In this document: positions 38,155 through 52,005 of the stretch, in pieces
Layout: the number at the start of each line of letters is the position of its first letter
Numbering within the stretch: position 1 is the stretch's first letter
Assembly: GCF_023055435.1 (NCBI RefSeq)
Contig: NW_025963868.1
Coordinates: 6,944,001-7,008,000, forward strand
Direction of reading: 5' to 3'
DNA from: Haliotis rufescens
Taxonomy: Eukaryota
Length of the DNA stretch: 64,000 nucleotides
Position numbers and translations under genes: made by a program
The notes under the pieces: model-generated
The model's database searches: none
What the model was told of the DNA's origin: nothing
Seen by the model: the letters and a program-made list of their open reading frames with translations, nothing else

Positions 38155-38570
38155 TCACACACACAACACACACACACAACACACACAACAGCACAAACAC
38201 AACACACACACAACAGCACACACACAACACACACACACAACACACACAACAGCACAAACACAACACACACACAACAGCACACACACAACATCACAAACAC
38301 AACACACACACACACACAACAAACACACACACAACAGCACAAACACAACACACACACAACAAACACACACACAACAGCACAAACACAACACACACACACA
38401 CACATATAGATATATATATACCGTGCTTAGGATCATTAAATGAAACAGCACACACACACAACACACACACAACAGCACACACATAACACACACACAGCAC
38501 ACACACACACAACAACACACACACATATAGATATAGATATATATATCGTGCTTAGGATCATTAAATGAAC
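38155..38570. repeat. Compound CA-rich low-complexity repeat with a local duplication
   Basis: (ca)n/caa/cagc mixture; cgtgcttaggatcattaaatgaa occurs twice. Confidence 0.85.
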
Positions 38571-40499
38571 AGTGGACGAGGTCACTATAACTTTCCCACG
38601 CTATATCAGTGACAAAGAGTCCTTTCACACTCAACGCTAATATTGTTGCAGAAAATATCGACCTTGACTTGAAGATTTGAGCTGTTGTTTATTTGTTTTA
38701 TTTTATGTTTCTTGTACGCAATACACAGGACCAAAAGTGGTGATTTTCTGACTTGTGAACACGTTGTATATATATCGCAAATACAAATGCATTCAAAGTA
38801 AAGTTTGGCGGCAGTTGACAGGCTACTTTAACCTTCCCCCGTTCTATTAGTAACAAAGAGTCCTTTCATACTCAACACTAAAGATAACTAAATCCAAGAG
38901 GAACAGACCTTGCAAAGACGATATATTTTAACAAAGATGTACATGCAATTGTGTGTCCGTATATCCAAAGACCCGTGAAGATCCGGGGTAGAATAGGGCT
39001 TCAGCAACCCATGCTTGCCGTAAAAGGCGACTAACGAGATCGGGTGGTCAGCTCGCTGACTTGGTTGATGCAGGTCATCGATCCCAATTGCATGGATCGA
39101 TGCTCATGATATCAATCACTGGATTGTCCGATCCAGACTCGATTATTTACAGACCGCCGTCATATAGCTGGAATATTGCTGAGTGCGGCGTAAAACAACA
39201 AACAAACAAACCAACCGTATACCCAAAGAAGGACAAATTACATTTGAAATTTGGTTTGGGTATTTATTGAGGTTATCAATTGCTTTATTGAGAAGGGTCA
39301 TCATATTCTGAACCAATTGACCGTGTTAATGGAAAATAGGTAAAGGTTTACAGACTTTGTAAAACTGAGAATTGAAATCAAGGTACGTTGTGAAAATGAC
39401 AGTTTCAGTCAGCTACTTACTAGATTATGTGATTATTGCTGGAGAGTGGTATCAAATGAAATAATTAAATATGTCTTTAATTTTACTCCTTCACTCTCAT
39501 CACCATTATACAATGTATAACACAATGTTGACCTGACGTTTTAGTCATCGTTTTGGCAGCATTATCTGTGTAAGTGTTCTTACAGTTACGTATTAATCAG
39601 GGACATAGGGTAGCCTGGTGGTTGAGGCGTTCGCTCGTCACGATGAAATTCTGGGTTCGATGTTCCACATGGATAGTGTTTTCAACACTAACAGTGTTAC
39701 TCGTTTTAATTATTCTGAAATGTCAGGCATAAAGTCTGGGTCTCTGACACACCGCTGGGGGCGGTCGGGTAGCCTAGTGGCTAAAGCGTTCGCTCATCAC
39801 GCCGAAGACCCGGGTTCGAATCCCGACATGGGTATAATATGTGAAGCCCATTTCTGGTGTCCCCCGCCGTGATATTGCTAGAATATTCCTAAAAGCGGCG
39901 CAAAACCATACTCACTCACTCACTCACTCACACACACATTGTTCGGCTTTCTAGGTGTATCAATTAATTTGCTTTTCAGAAAGTCTGAGGTCAATTAGTT
40001 GTTGTAGATACGATTACGTTATCAACTGATTATTTGAATGCAGTCCATAATATTTGTCATGACTTTTTGACCTGCCTTTCGCCCTTAATGTATTGACAAC
40101 TTTAAATATTACAAATAAAAAAATGTTTCACAATAATCTGTAAATGTCACTGCTTCCGATGCCTAGGGAAGATAAACAATTTTTAGATATCAGGTTCCGC
40201 CCTGATGTGAGTGTCTAATTAGTTGTTTCAATCAGAGGTGGTTACTGTGAGTTAAAAAGCTGATCGAACAATCCAGATGGTGGCATGTTATGTAAGCAAC
40301 TTGGGTCCCCATGACCATCCTTGTCTGTTACCAACTGGTGTGAAAGACATTCATGTTCAGCATTTCGTCAAACACCCCGCTCCTTCAGCGTTTCAGAGTC
40401 ATGAGTGTAGAATTATTATTATCCCTTCTCATTGTTTAATTTTATATGTCCTGTTTAACGCTGCATTCAGCAATATTCCAGCTGTAGGACGGCGGTATA

Positions 40500-40677
40500 T
40501 ACAGTAAACTACGGTTAAATCGAACTCAAAGGGACCACTAACTTTAGTTTGTTATAACCGTAGTTCGTTATAACCATATATACAGCATAACTATAGCAAA
40601 TAGTCGGGACAAAAAAAAAGTTCGTTATATCCGTCAGTTCGTTATAAGCGTGTTCGTTATAAACGTACTTTACTGTA
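40500..40677. mobile_element. Tc1/mariner-pogo-type MITE (TA-CAGT...ACTG-TA)
   Basis: TIR cagtaaactacggtt / aacgtactttactg, inserted into a SINE B. A second copy lies at 48111-48290. Confidence 0.85.
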
Positions 40678-43143
40678 TATATATATTATTTATATAATAG
40701 GGTCTGGACCAGACAATCCAGCGATTTACATCATGATCGTCGCTCTACACAATTGGAATACGACGACATGAATCCACCACGTCAGCGATTCAGACCACAC
40801 GTTCCCGTTTGTCGCCACATTTACAACAAAAACATGTGTTTCTGAAGACTATTTGTCAGCCGGTTCTTCTCGGGTCAGAAACCGCGTAGGATTACTATGC
40901 CACATGTAGAGTGAACTGTCTAATTTATCACATGAGATTACGTGACGTGCAGCCAATGGTTGTATACAAAAACGACAACAGTTCGAAACATAAACCCCCA
41001 TCCAATCTTATAAGGAACGAAAGGCAATAGTTTGCAAACATATCGATGTTTTGATTTTATTAAAGTCATGCCTTTATTGCATCGACAAAACTATCTCTTA
41101 CTGGATAATGCGTTTCACCTTTTTCAAACAAGATGTGCATTCATCAAATCTTGTCAGGATGGACAGTTAGGGACTCTACTAGCCCTGTCCATGTTGTAGA
41201 CGATCTACATTTTGTCTTGCATCTCCTGGTCCGTTTAACACTGTCTTTGTAGTAGCCATACAATTGTACGTGAAACATGTTCAAATATGGGCAGGTAAAT
41301 AACACTAAACAGTTTCTCTGACGTACATTGAGATAACAGAAGTATCGCTCACACGTCGTGTATGTATAATATAGAAGTTGTTGTCCATAATACTCCTTCT
41401 GATGAACTTATTAAGTGCACCAACTACTTTCATATAATAAATACGGTTGAACTGTCCTTTACCGAACCAATGTTTCAGTTATTGCTTCCATATACCTACA
41501 CGTTTTTGTATGTGAGTGAATGTTGTTTTAAGTCCAAGTCAGCAATACTTCAGCTTCACACAGCCTCTGACAAACCGTGAAATCAAATCAGATTCGAGTA
41601 TTTGGGTGTATCGTGCAGTCCTCTAAATATTCAGAAGCTGACAAACCAGGGATTGATTAAAGGATCATGGTGTCATCATCACTATCACTTGTACGTCTTT
41701 GAAAAAGATGTGACTGTTGAAATCATGGACTGCATTGGAATAATCGATCAATTGGCAACTTTATCGTATCTACAACAATTAATTTACCTCAGACTTTCTG
41801 TAAAGCAACTCAGTTGATAACCCAGAACACCGAACGATGTGAAATGGGGACATCATGTGCGAGAGACCCATACGTTATGCTTGTCGCAAAAGTCGTTGAA
41901 AATGATCAGGTGGTCATGATATGTTCATGCTATCAACCACTGGTTTACCTTGATCTAGCATGCTCATTTAGAAATTGTAGTTATTTGCGGACTGTGAAAC
42001 AGCATTAACTTCATTCACCATAATGATCAACGACCCTCCCTTTCAAGATACAGAAACACACTCAGTCATCACCACAAATGAAGCAAACGGAACCGGACAC
42101 GTATTAGAACCCAAACTTGTGTCGTTTATTGAACGGGACGTGCTGAAACATATATTTCATTTCAAATACAGATACACAAATACAATGTTACAGGAATCTC
42201 TTAGAATTATGTTTGTCTCTTTATTTAGGAGTGTGTGTATGCAACGAAAAGAGACGAAGGGCTGTGTATATATACTAAAAACTGTTAAGGACAGATCAGC
42301 TACAGATGGTCCTTAAAAAGTATATGTATGTCAGTGCAAACCAATTCGAAGTATTTGAATATGTCCAGTGCAATAATCACTTGATAAGCATCATGGTCCA
42401 TAACTATGACAAATGTTAACACAGATAGGATAATTGTGAATTTTTTTATTGCTCAAAAACTATTAATTGTGAACATTCGTGATGAACATAGACGAACATT
42501 CAAACACGAATGTACATCATTGGCTATGCCGTTCAGCAGTCAGTCGCCATAGTAATGGTAACGTCACACTGCAAATACTAAACACACGAATGAAGGCAGG
42601 CCAATGTGCAACAAACTAGTCATACGCAGTTTCAAATCCAGGTCAAATTGAGGTTGTTTGAAGTCAAGTTCCGGGGACAGGTCCTTTGCAGCTATAGAAA
42701 CATCCTACATATCGCCTTCTAAACTTCCCTTGGTTAAGGGTATGCACAATCTGATTGTAAAACTGAATAGCACAGACATAGATACCAAATAATTATTACT
42801 GATGTGTACAGAACAAAAGCGACACTGATAGGAATTACAAATACAAATACATTGTGTAAATGACATTACTAACTAACAGTAGTTTGTAATGATCGGATAC
42901 ATATGAATACAGATAGTAGTAGTTAAAAAATTAACGATTAAGAGCTGACGCATATAGATGTAGATTTTCATGGGTCGAACAAGTCTGAGATAAAGATATT
43001 TTTATCTAACATGTTTTGTCATATTCAATTGATTGCTTTGAAGAAGTTCATATTTTAGCTTTCGAATGACAGTCGATACGTAGGACGTTTATATAACTTT
43101 CTTATATTTCTTGAAGGTGGCATACCAGACCAGGTGCCATGTC

Positions 43144-46100
43144 TTACGCCAGGCATTGTCTAAGAACAAGGAATGGAACTAAGGTCAAGGCCGTGAACGT
43201 GGCTTTTGATTGGCCCGAGTACATCGGGAAGCGAGGGTTGTTGGTCGTCTCCCCCATGTTGTCGATGTAGTACCACATGTCCATGCCCTGCAGAGGGAGA
43301 GGAAGACGTTCAAGCATGTTTCAGAATGTTCAATATCAAGCGTGGGAAGTCAGATAGTGCTCTATTAGGCGTTATTTAAGTTACTTGCTATTTACATCCC
43401 ACAAACCAACATCCTACAAACGTAAAGTAAATTGAATTGAATTGAAAACAGTTGTTTTCCCCAATTAGTCTGTAAACTGACGTCAAACAAAAACGCCACA
43501 GAAGGGAACTGTAGGATGCGACGTCACCCTATACAGTCATGCCCCGCTTATACGGACTTCAGATATCCGGAAACCTCGGTTCCCGGACGATTTTCATTCA
43601 AAACGAAATAATTACTATATAAATTTACCCGTATTTCCGGAAATTCAGTTTCCGGAACCGGACAGTCATTTTCATACACAAAACACTGAAATGCACACAA
43701 AATTGTCTCACATATCCGGACAATACACTTCCGCTGTTGGTAATCCTTTAATTCGTGAGAAGTCAATTAACCAAGTGACACTGAGTTACGTTTGAGACGA
43801 GCTTGTTTATTGTACATGTAATCCCCTTCGATAAATATGGCGTCTGTGGAGGTCAGGTCAAAGTTGTGTAAGTATGTATATGTTCATTCATAATTATAGG
43901 TTTGTTTTAAATGCACGGGGATAATGATGTTCTTATGGAATCTTCTTAAAAATATTTCTGAATGTTGTTTTCATTTCATTTCGACCATCGAACATGCGTT
44001 TTAGCACCAAAACATCTTGATACATATTTTGACATTTCAGGGACCAACATCCAGGAATAGTTCGATGAGGATGGGTTAATACACCCACAAGCATGGAACG
44101 GTGAACGGATTGCCAGATTAATGTTTCTCACATCCATCATGTCATAGACTATTTGGTAGCCACAAAACACAACGATGCATAATATGTTAAGAAAAGTGAT
44201 CCACCCATCAAATTTAACTATTTCTACAAATTTAGAAGAAATAATAATTCCTCAGCTTCATAAAGGTCCTGAAAGACTGGTATTATATCCCCGTCCTTTA
44301 GAGTCAATGTATATCTTTCAACAAATGACGCAGTTGCACATTTGATAGGAGATTTGCGAGAACATCTTTTTGACACAAAAATACTGATATTTATTGATTC
44401 GTTCTTACCCGAGGAAAGGTGATGTTGAAGTTGAAGCGAAAATAGCCTGATTCGAACGTCCACGAGTCGTTTTAGCACCAAAACATCTTGATACATATTT
44501 TGACATTTCAGGGACCAACATCCAGGAATAGTTCGATGAGGATGAGGATGGGTTAATACACCCACAAGCATGGAACGGTGAACGGATTGCCAGATTAATG
44601 TGTCTCACATCCATCATGTCATAGACTATTTTGTAGCCACAAAACACAACGATGCATAATATTTTAAGAAAAGTGACATGCACTTTTCGTTAGAAGAACC
44701 TGATAAAATACTATAAAAGTGTGATACGTACCGAAATTCCGTTCATTGTGCCACATCTGTTGGCCACCACGTACCACATCATACCACGATCGACGTTGAA
44801 GGTAACGCGGCCGTTACAGGTGACGCTGTCCCCCATGGTGGAGTCGTAACGCTGCATACAGCCGGCTTGGGTCATTCCAACGTCAAGGTTCAGGATTTGC
44901 TGACCGGTGGCGCCGAATTGTAGAACAGACAACTTCTCGTCGCAAGACTGTGAAAAAGCAAACATACATGTACATATGTGAGTGTGTTGGGTTTAACACC
45001 GATTTGAGCAGTATCAGCTTGATGTGGGAGGAACGCCCAAGGTGATGCATGTTCTAACTGTAAACACTTTGTGTGGGCCTCTGGTACGTTGATGACAAAC
45101 CTTAATCATGCAGGGGATGAACGGAGATTCGAATCCACTATCATAGTTTCTGACACGCCGTGATATAACTTTAATACTGTTAAAAGCGGCGTTAAACCCA
45201 ACTCACTCACTCACTGTACAAGGAAAGGAGCCACCCATGCCCCAGCAAACATAATCAGTGATATTAGTTTGAGCTTTGTGGTATTTATATAATTGTTTCC
45301 CTTAATAGCTCTGTACGTTATATTCGATCATCTGTCTTTAAAGGTAACACATTGTACCACCTGATATGTCACGTGACCACTAAAAGGTCCGGCTTTAGAA
45401 AAAACAAATATAACAATATTTCCCATCAACTCTGTGTGAGGGAGACTTTCTCAAAGTTCAATTGGTGAGGTGTATATTTGGAATCATCATTTTGAACACT
45501 AAACTGAGAGGACAAACACATTGTATTTTAATGTGTACAGCCAATAAGGTGTTGTTCGTATATATACCATTGGCTTACATTGCATTTAATAGTGCTTCAA
45601 TAAACATCATCTACCCGTACACTCAGCTCATTGCAAATTCACCAAAGTTGTTTTCGTTTAAAACTCATTTCTGAATTTTCATTTGTAATTATTTTTGCAG
45701 TCATATAAAATATAGATAATATATTGTTCTCAATAATTAGGGACCGTAAATGTCGTCTTAATTGATAAATTTGATAAAATTGATTTACATTCAGCGTAAA
45801 GAAATATATCTACAAGAGGGATGACTCTGCTTTCGAATATTAATTTTGCAAACACCTGGTATCATCATAAAGATGATGGTGACTCATAAACACATGCTTA
45901 TGATATTGTCGGAATCGTACAATGGACTTATTTCTAATGGTTATAGAAAAGGTTACATCACTGTGCTGGACACGTATTAACAATAGGTTTGGTGACGAAT
46001 TCCCATGATATGTCATCACATCTATGATCTGAAGACAACGGCTGTTCAACTATCAACTATTTGGCTCACGACGTTACTCAACAAAATAAGTAATAAAAAC

Positions 46101-46368
46101 ATTCTTTCAGGTAGGGACAGGATAGATATATAATACACCTGAAAATACTTCTCCTCTTCAGACCGCCTCCGTGGTTCGATCCCCGGACGCGTCATACCAA
46201 AATACGTTTAAAGATGGTACTTGCGCTCGGCATTAGGGGCTAAAACAAGGACTGGTCGGCTCGGAGTCAGTATACTGTGTCTGAGTGGGGTATTCATATT
46301 AAACTGCGGCATGGTATCTCAGTGAGCTAGCACTATAACTCGGCATCAGTCCGGACTAGTACAAGCAA

Positions 46369-46433
<65 letters not shown>

Positions 46434-48398
46434 CATGTACGTCGCTATATAAATGCAATAATCTTGGACGCGACGTTAAACCAAATTTCACCTCACCTCA
46501 CCTCTTCATTTTTTAATGTCCCAAAGTCCATTTCTGGTGTCCCCGCCGCCCATTACTGCTGAAATATTGCTAAATTCGGCGTTCAACCCAACTCACTCAC
46601 TCACCCACTATGATCTCCCTCACCTTGGAACCTTCGTTAGCCTGGAAGTACTGGTCCTGTTTGTAGAAGAGAAGCTTCATGGGGGAATAACTCTGGAAGA
46701 AGAGAGAAATCTTTCACAGCCGTCACAAACACATCTCTGTTGAAGACAGTCTTATATCGATGACTGACGTTTCGGTAAAGATGCTTTTGCCTTTATCAAA
46801 AGGATTCATCCATTAGTTTATTCATAACTAAAATATTAACTTCAATGATACCAGTGATGTATCAAATTTAACTATTTCTACAAATTTAGAAGAAATAATA
46901 ATTCCTCAGCTTCATAAATGTCCTGAAAGAGTGGTATTATATCCCCGTCCTTTAGAGTCAATGTATATCTTTCAACAAATGACGCAGTTGCACATTTGAT
47001 AGGATATTTGCGAGAACATCTTTGACACAAAAATACTGATATTTATTGATGCGTTCTTACCCGAGGAAAGGTGATATTGAAGTTGAAGCGAACGTAGCCT
47101 GATTCGAACGTCCACGAGTCGATCAACTGCCATTCCTGGAAGGAACATAATGTTTTTATACGTTACAGATGTATTACTTTAAAAGTTTTAATTTACTTCG
47201 TATGTGAATATTGCAAATGTTGTACATGTATAACATATTGGAACACTTTACGAAACAATACGAAAATAGTTATAACTAATATTTGAACGCCAAATGTTTT
47301 TTTGTCATTTCTGTCATGTAAGGTTGAAGTAAAATATATTTGTTTGTTGCTTAACTCCTCACTCAGCAATATTCCAGCTATTTTACAGCTGTCTGTAAAT
47401 AATCCGGAGCACCCAATCCGGTGATTGATATCATGAGCATCGATCCACGCACTTTGGATACAATGACATGCATCAAACAAGCTGCTGAAGACCCATTCTA
47501 AGCCGGATCGTCAAGGGTATGAAGACAAAGGGTATAGAGAAATTTAAAAAAATGTCAATGTGTTAATAAATTCGAAAAATAGAGTGGGGAAGAATAGGAA
47601 AATGTGAATATGTCAGACTTGGTGACGTGTATATTGCCCCATTCATAATATAATACGTAGGGCAGGGCTGGCCCCGTCGTCGAAGGCGCCGCGACTCGCT
47701 GTGCGTCCCTTGGGCACGCCAGAAACCTATGGTTGTGGGTTCGAATCCTGGTTCGCCCAGATTATGTTTCTAGGTTTGTCAGCACCATACCCGTGCTCGT
47801 GGGTTTCACCGAAGCGGTACACGTCAGAGACCTGCATCACTTCGAGCTTTCCTCCCACATTAAGCTGACACGCCGCGATATAACTGGAATATTGTTAAAA
47901 GCGGCGTTAAACACAACTCACTCTCTAGTATAATACCTAAAGCATTGGTTTGTATGGTCCAGACTGCATTACTTACAAGCGGCCGGTATATCGTTCGAAT
48001 ATTGCTGAGCGCGGCTTTGTACCCATGCGGGGAATCAAACCAAGGTATTCGGCATGACGAGTGAAGGCTTTAATCTACCCCAACGGCCCGTATCAATGAT
48101 AAAATACAATTACAGTAAACTACGGTTATAACGAACTCAAAGGGACCACTTTTTTGAGTTCGTTATAACCGTAGTTCGTTATAAGCATATATACAGCATA
48201 TAAACAACAAATGGCCGGGACTAAAAAATGAGTTCGTTATATCAGTCGGTTTGTTATAAGCGTGTTCGTTATAACCGTAGTTTATGGTATACTTACATTA
48301 GATGTTTGAAGCCTCCTCTGGGCGACTTTGAAGGTAGCTGAAGTGTAGGACGAGAACACAAAGACGACGCATAGCACGGAAAGGAACGTGGCGGCCAT
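43144..48398 (-). CDS. GOLD-like paralogue C, 201 aa, signal peptide and GPI-anchor-like tail
   Basis: Exons 48297-48398, 47061-47135, 46624-46692, 44732-44947, 43144-43287; all GT-AG, phase 0. Protein: MAATFLSVLCVVFVFSSYTSA-TFKVAQRRLQTSN/EWQLIDSWTFESGYVRFNFNITFPR/SYSPMKLLFYKQDQYFQANEGSK/SCDEKLSV...VVANRCGTMNGIS/GMDMWYYIDNMGETTNNPRFPMYSGQSKATFTALTLVPFLVLRQCLA*. Confidence 0.9.
43997..44676. repeat. ~200-bp direct duplication flanking an ectopic copy of the exon-2 3' end and intron 2 of paralogue C
   Basis: 43997-44199 matches 44468-44676. The insert 44208-44468 matches 46860-47121. Confidence 0.85.
48111..48290. mobile_element. Second copy of the TA-CAGT MITE, abutting the exon-1 donor of paralogue C
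   Basis: Homologous to 40500-40677 and ends immediately beside acttac (48291-48296). Confidence 0.85.
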
Positions 48399-48445
48399 CT
48401 TGGCGTAAAGACGTCGAAGAATTGTAGTGCTATTCCGTAAATCAT

Positions 48446-48458
48446 GCTTTATAAAGGC
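48446..48458 (-). promoter_or_regulatory. TATA box of paralogue C
   Basis: gcctttataaag on the minus strand ~50-55 nt upstream of the ATG; conserved with paralogue B. Confidence 0.65.
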
Positions 48459-49684
48459 ACCGCTCGGACAGGATATGCAGCCTTAGTAGCGACTAGTCCT
48501 ACGTTCCCACAACTCGTGGGGTAAACAACTAAATTAGACTACCGCATGAGAGCATTCATGTCAAATTAGTTTCAACCAAATCGGCTCCATGACGTTAAAA
48601 CGTCACATTTGTTTCAGTAGACTCGTTATTTTCGGATTGTCATGTCAGCCTGTCGAATTAAGGAAACGGGTGTGGTCAAATTAAAGAAATAAACAAGCTT
48701 GCTGTGCTTGTTACTACTGACGGACCTCCTGACTGTGCGAGTACGACTGTCAAGTGTTTGTTTACGCGTCCCCGTCGAAACACGTCTCCCAGTAGTCTAT
48801 GCTTGTCACCGGGGCTGTGAACTAACAACAGGGTGGTCAGGCTCGTTGACGTGGCCGTTGACGTGCCCCGTTGACGTAGGTCCTTATCATTCTGTAATTG
48901 TTGTGACTGGTGTTTTCTCAATTATTGATCGGCCCTTGTGATATAGCAAGAATATTGTTGAGTGCGATTTACTCAATGATATGTTTGTATATATCGTTCA
49001 GTATATACAATTTCATGAGGTTGTATCATGTATGCAAACTCGTATTGCTGTTGCACAGATGGAATCTTTCAAATTTTAAAGGAACATGCATTTGCCTTTT
49101 TAGCAGTAAGGGTGCATTATTCTTTGTGATGTTTGTTTTGTGTTGTTTGTTTGTTTGTTTGTTTGCTGTTTAACGCCGCACTCAGCAATGTTCAAGCTTT
49201 TTGTCGGCGGTCTGTAAATAATCGAGACTGGACCAGACAATCCAGTGATTGACATCACAAACATCGATCCACGCAGCTGGGATATGATGACATGCATCAA
49301 TCAAGTCAGCGAGCCTGACCACCCGATCCCGTTAGTCGCCTTTTACAACAAGTATTTTATTTAAAAGCTGTAAAATAATGTGCCGCTTGCAATTTATTTG
49401 ATTCTGTAAAATTCTGCTTCCTTAAAAGGAAGTATTTATTTTATTTGAATCGAACACATTCAAATGATCCGACTGATCAATACATGAAGTGTCGTTTGGA
49501 GGTAAACGTATTCGGTAACATGATTCGTCAACAATGCGCCTACGCTGTTGGAAGCAGATCTGTCTTTATCGTTTTTGGTTTCAACAAAATGAGTAAACGC
49601 GCTATCGTGTGACTGGATTGTCTGGTCACAAACAATTTATGTGCCCATCGTAGGGATATTAATATATATATAGAGAGAGAGAGA

Positions 49685-49830
49685 GAATCTCACCCTCGTG
49701 TCTTTTGATATCAAATATATCAACACGAGTTGATAAAGGTGGAAAAATACCGAGGCTTGCCGAGGATATTTGCCACTTTTATCAACGAGTGTTGATATAT
49801 TTGATATAAAAAGACACGAGGGTGAAATTT
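49685..49830. mobile_element. Palindromic hairpin element
   Basis: tcaccctcgtgtcttttgatatcaaatatatcaacac...gtgttgatatatttgatataaaaagacacgagggtga. Confidence 0.75.
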
Positions 49831-52005
49831 TATTTATCATCCATCATCATTCTTCCCACTTTTTCTGTTTGTAGACAGTAATTAGCAGTGTCTAAGTGTA
49901 AAAAGAACTGCTAACAGCTTCAGTAACAGAGCCATTAGTGATGTCATTTGATTGTGACGTCATGGTAACCAGTGACGTCCCAATGGTCTTCAAAGCATTG
50001 TGATGCAATTTCATTGCAGCGATATCTACAGTGTAGATATCGCTTGCTCTCATCAAAGCGATATCTCCAGTGGGAGCAAGTTTTGGATCATATATCAATA
50101 TTATATATATATTAGTGAAACTGGCCTAAAATTCAGCTTATCAATACAGGTAATTTGTAATTTGTGTTAACATTGACCTGCACACAACGTGAGTATCTTG
50201 CCTTGGTTGCGTCTCTCGATAAATCGTAACACTGTCAAGATCCAAATGCTGAATCACGATCTTTACGATCAAGCCATGCAGAGTTATGCCCCTTATGTCG
50301 TCACCAGTGGTATCCATGCGCCGATGTGGGGCAGGCCTTGTTTTCATAGAGTGTTACGTGTCTCAAAAGCGGCATGTTTGGTTCAATTTGTTGTTTGACG
50401 CCGCACTCAGCAATATTCCAGCTATATGACGGCGATATCAAAACAATCGAGTCTGGTCCAGACGGTCCAGTGGTCCACATCATGAGCATCGATCCACGCA
50501 ATTGGGATCGATAACATGCATCAAACAAGTCAGCGAGCCTGACCAACCGATCCCGTTAGTCGCCTCTTACGACAAGCATAGTCGCCTTTTGCGGCAAACA
50601 TGGGTTGCTGAAGACCTATTCTACCCCGGATCTTTACGGGACCAAAGGCAGCATGTACGTCTTGTGATGTACAAATATATTCGCTAAACCCTGTACAAAA
50701 GTGGCATGTAGAGTGTTCAGCGAATATATTTGTACATCACAAGGTCACAAGTTACAAAAAATTATTCTGGAGTGTTCGTTGTGATGGGCAATATTGCATC
50801 TATATCGTGACAGCCAGTGTACTCTATATTGTAACTCAAAGTGCTATCAACCAATTGTGGCACTATGTTTGCCGTTAAAGGCGACTATGCTTATCGTAAA
50901 ATGCGACTAACGGGATCGGGTGGTCAGGCTCGCTAACTTGGTTGATGCATGTCATTGATCCCAATTGCGTGGTATTATTCACTGGATTGTCTGGTCCAGA
51001 CTCGACTATTTACAGACCGCCGTCATATAGCTGGAATATTGCTGAGTGCGGCGTTAAACAACCAACCAACCTCAAACCTGATGACCTTCCAGGCTAGCTA
51101 GGGCAGTCGATCTGAGGTAAAGTGTTATACCAGGGAACATGTTGCATCCGTGACCGTGGTATGGCTCCATCAGTTTTGGGTTTTAATGAACTATATTCAC
51201 GATTGTGTTCCTAAGTTAATCATTTTGGAAGTATTTGAATTGACAATCAGCCAAATGCACTGATATGCATTTGCACGTCAGCATGCTCTTTCTACCACGA
51301 TTTTTAAAAAAACGTCTTACGACTCTTGCTCAGAAGTTGTTTGATCAAGTTTACAACATTCAAGGCCCCAGTAAAGCTTTCAAAAATGTTATGGTAGTCA
51401 TATAGAGGATATTTCTAAATTTGACGTATCAGTGACAAAAATGATGTCCGATGCAATTCCCTATTGACTTGTACCATGTGTTCCCGTTTTTTTCCCGATG
51501 AACACTTGATTTGCCCTTGTATGTGTTTATGACGGGTGCCACCGGCGGGGCAGGATACGCTCACCTTTTCGCAAACACCTGGTATCATCTCTATTTGATA
51601 GTGATTCATGAACACATGCTCATGATATAGTCGGAATTGTACAATAGAGATTTCTATTAAATATGGAAAGTGTTTTGTCGCTTGTATTTATTCGTGCATT
51701 CTAACTGAGCCACAATGACATATGCATGTACTATATTTCCTCTCAAACCCAAACGTCAGCATAAGTACGTGCTGTGTGTGTATAATGCGTGCTCCATCCT
51801 TCCATACACTCGTCACACGAGGCACCATCACCACACTTAGTGGAAGAGGGACACTAGATGTCTTGGAAGGTATTTATACAGAAATTACTTGACCAATACT
51901 TCTTGCATGATTCATTTTTATCTCACATGAAGATGTTCTAAGACGACGAACATGCAATCGAGAACCAGCACATATGCATTTGTAGGTAGATCGCTGTTTA
52001 TATGC

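Noticed and set aside
38042-38634. Cys/Val-rich and His/Thr-rich ORFs (also the GA-repeat ORFs at 4764-5253)
   Set aside because: They are translations of microsatellites or assembly gaps.
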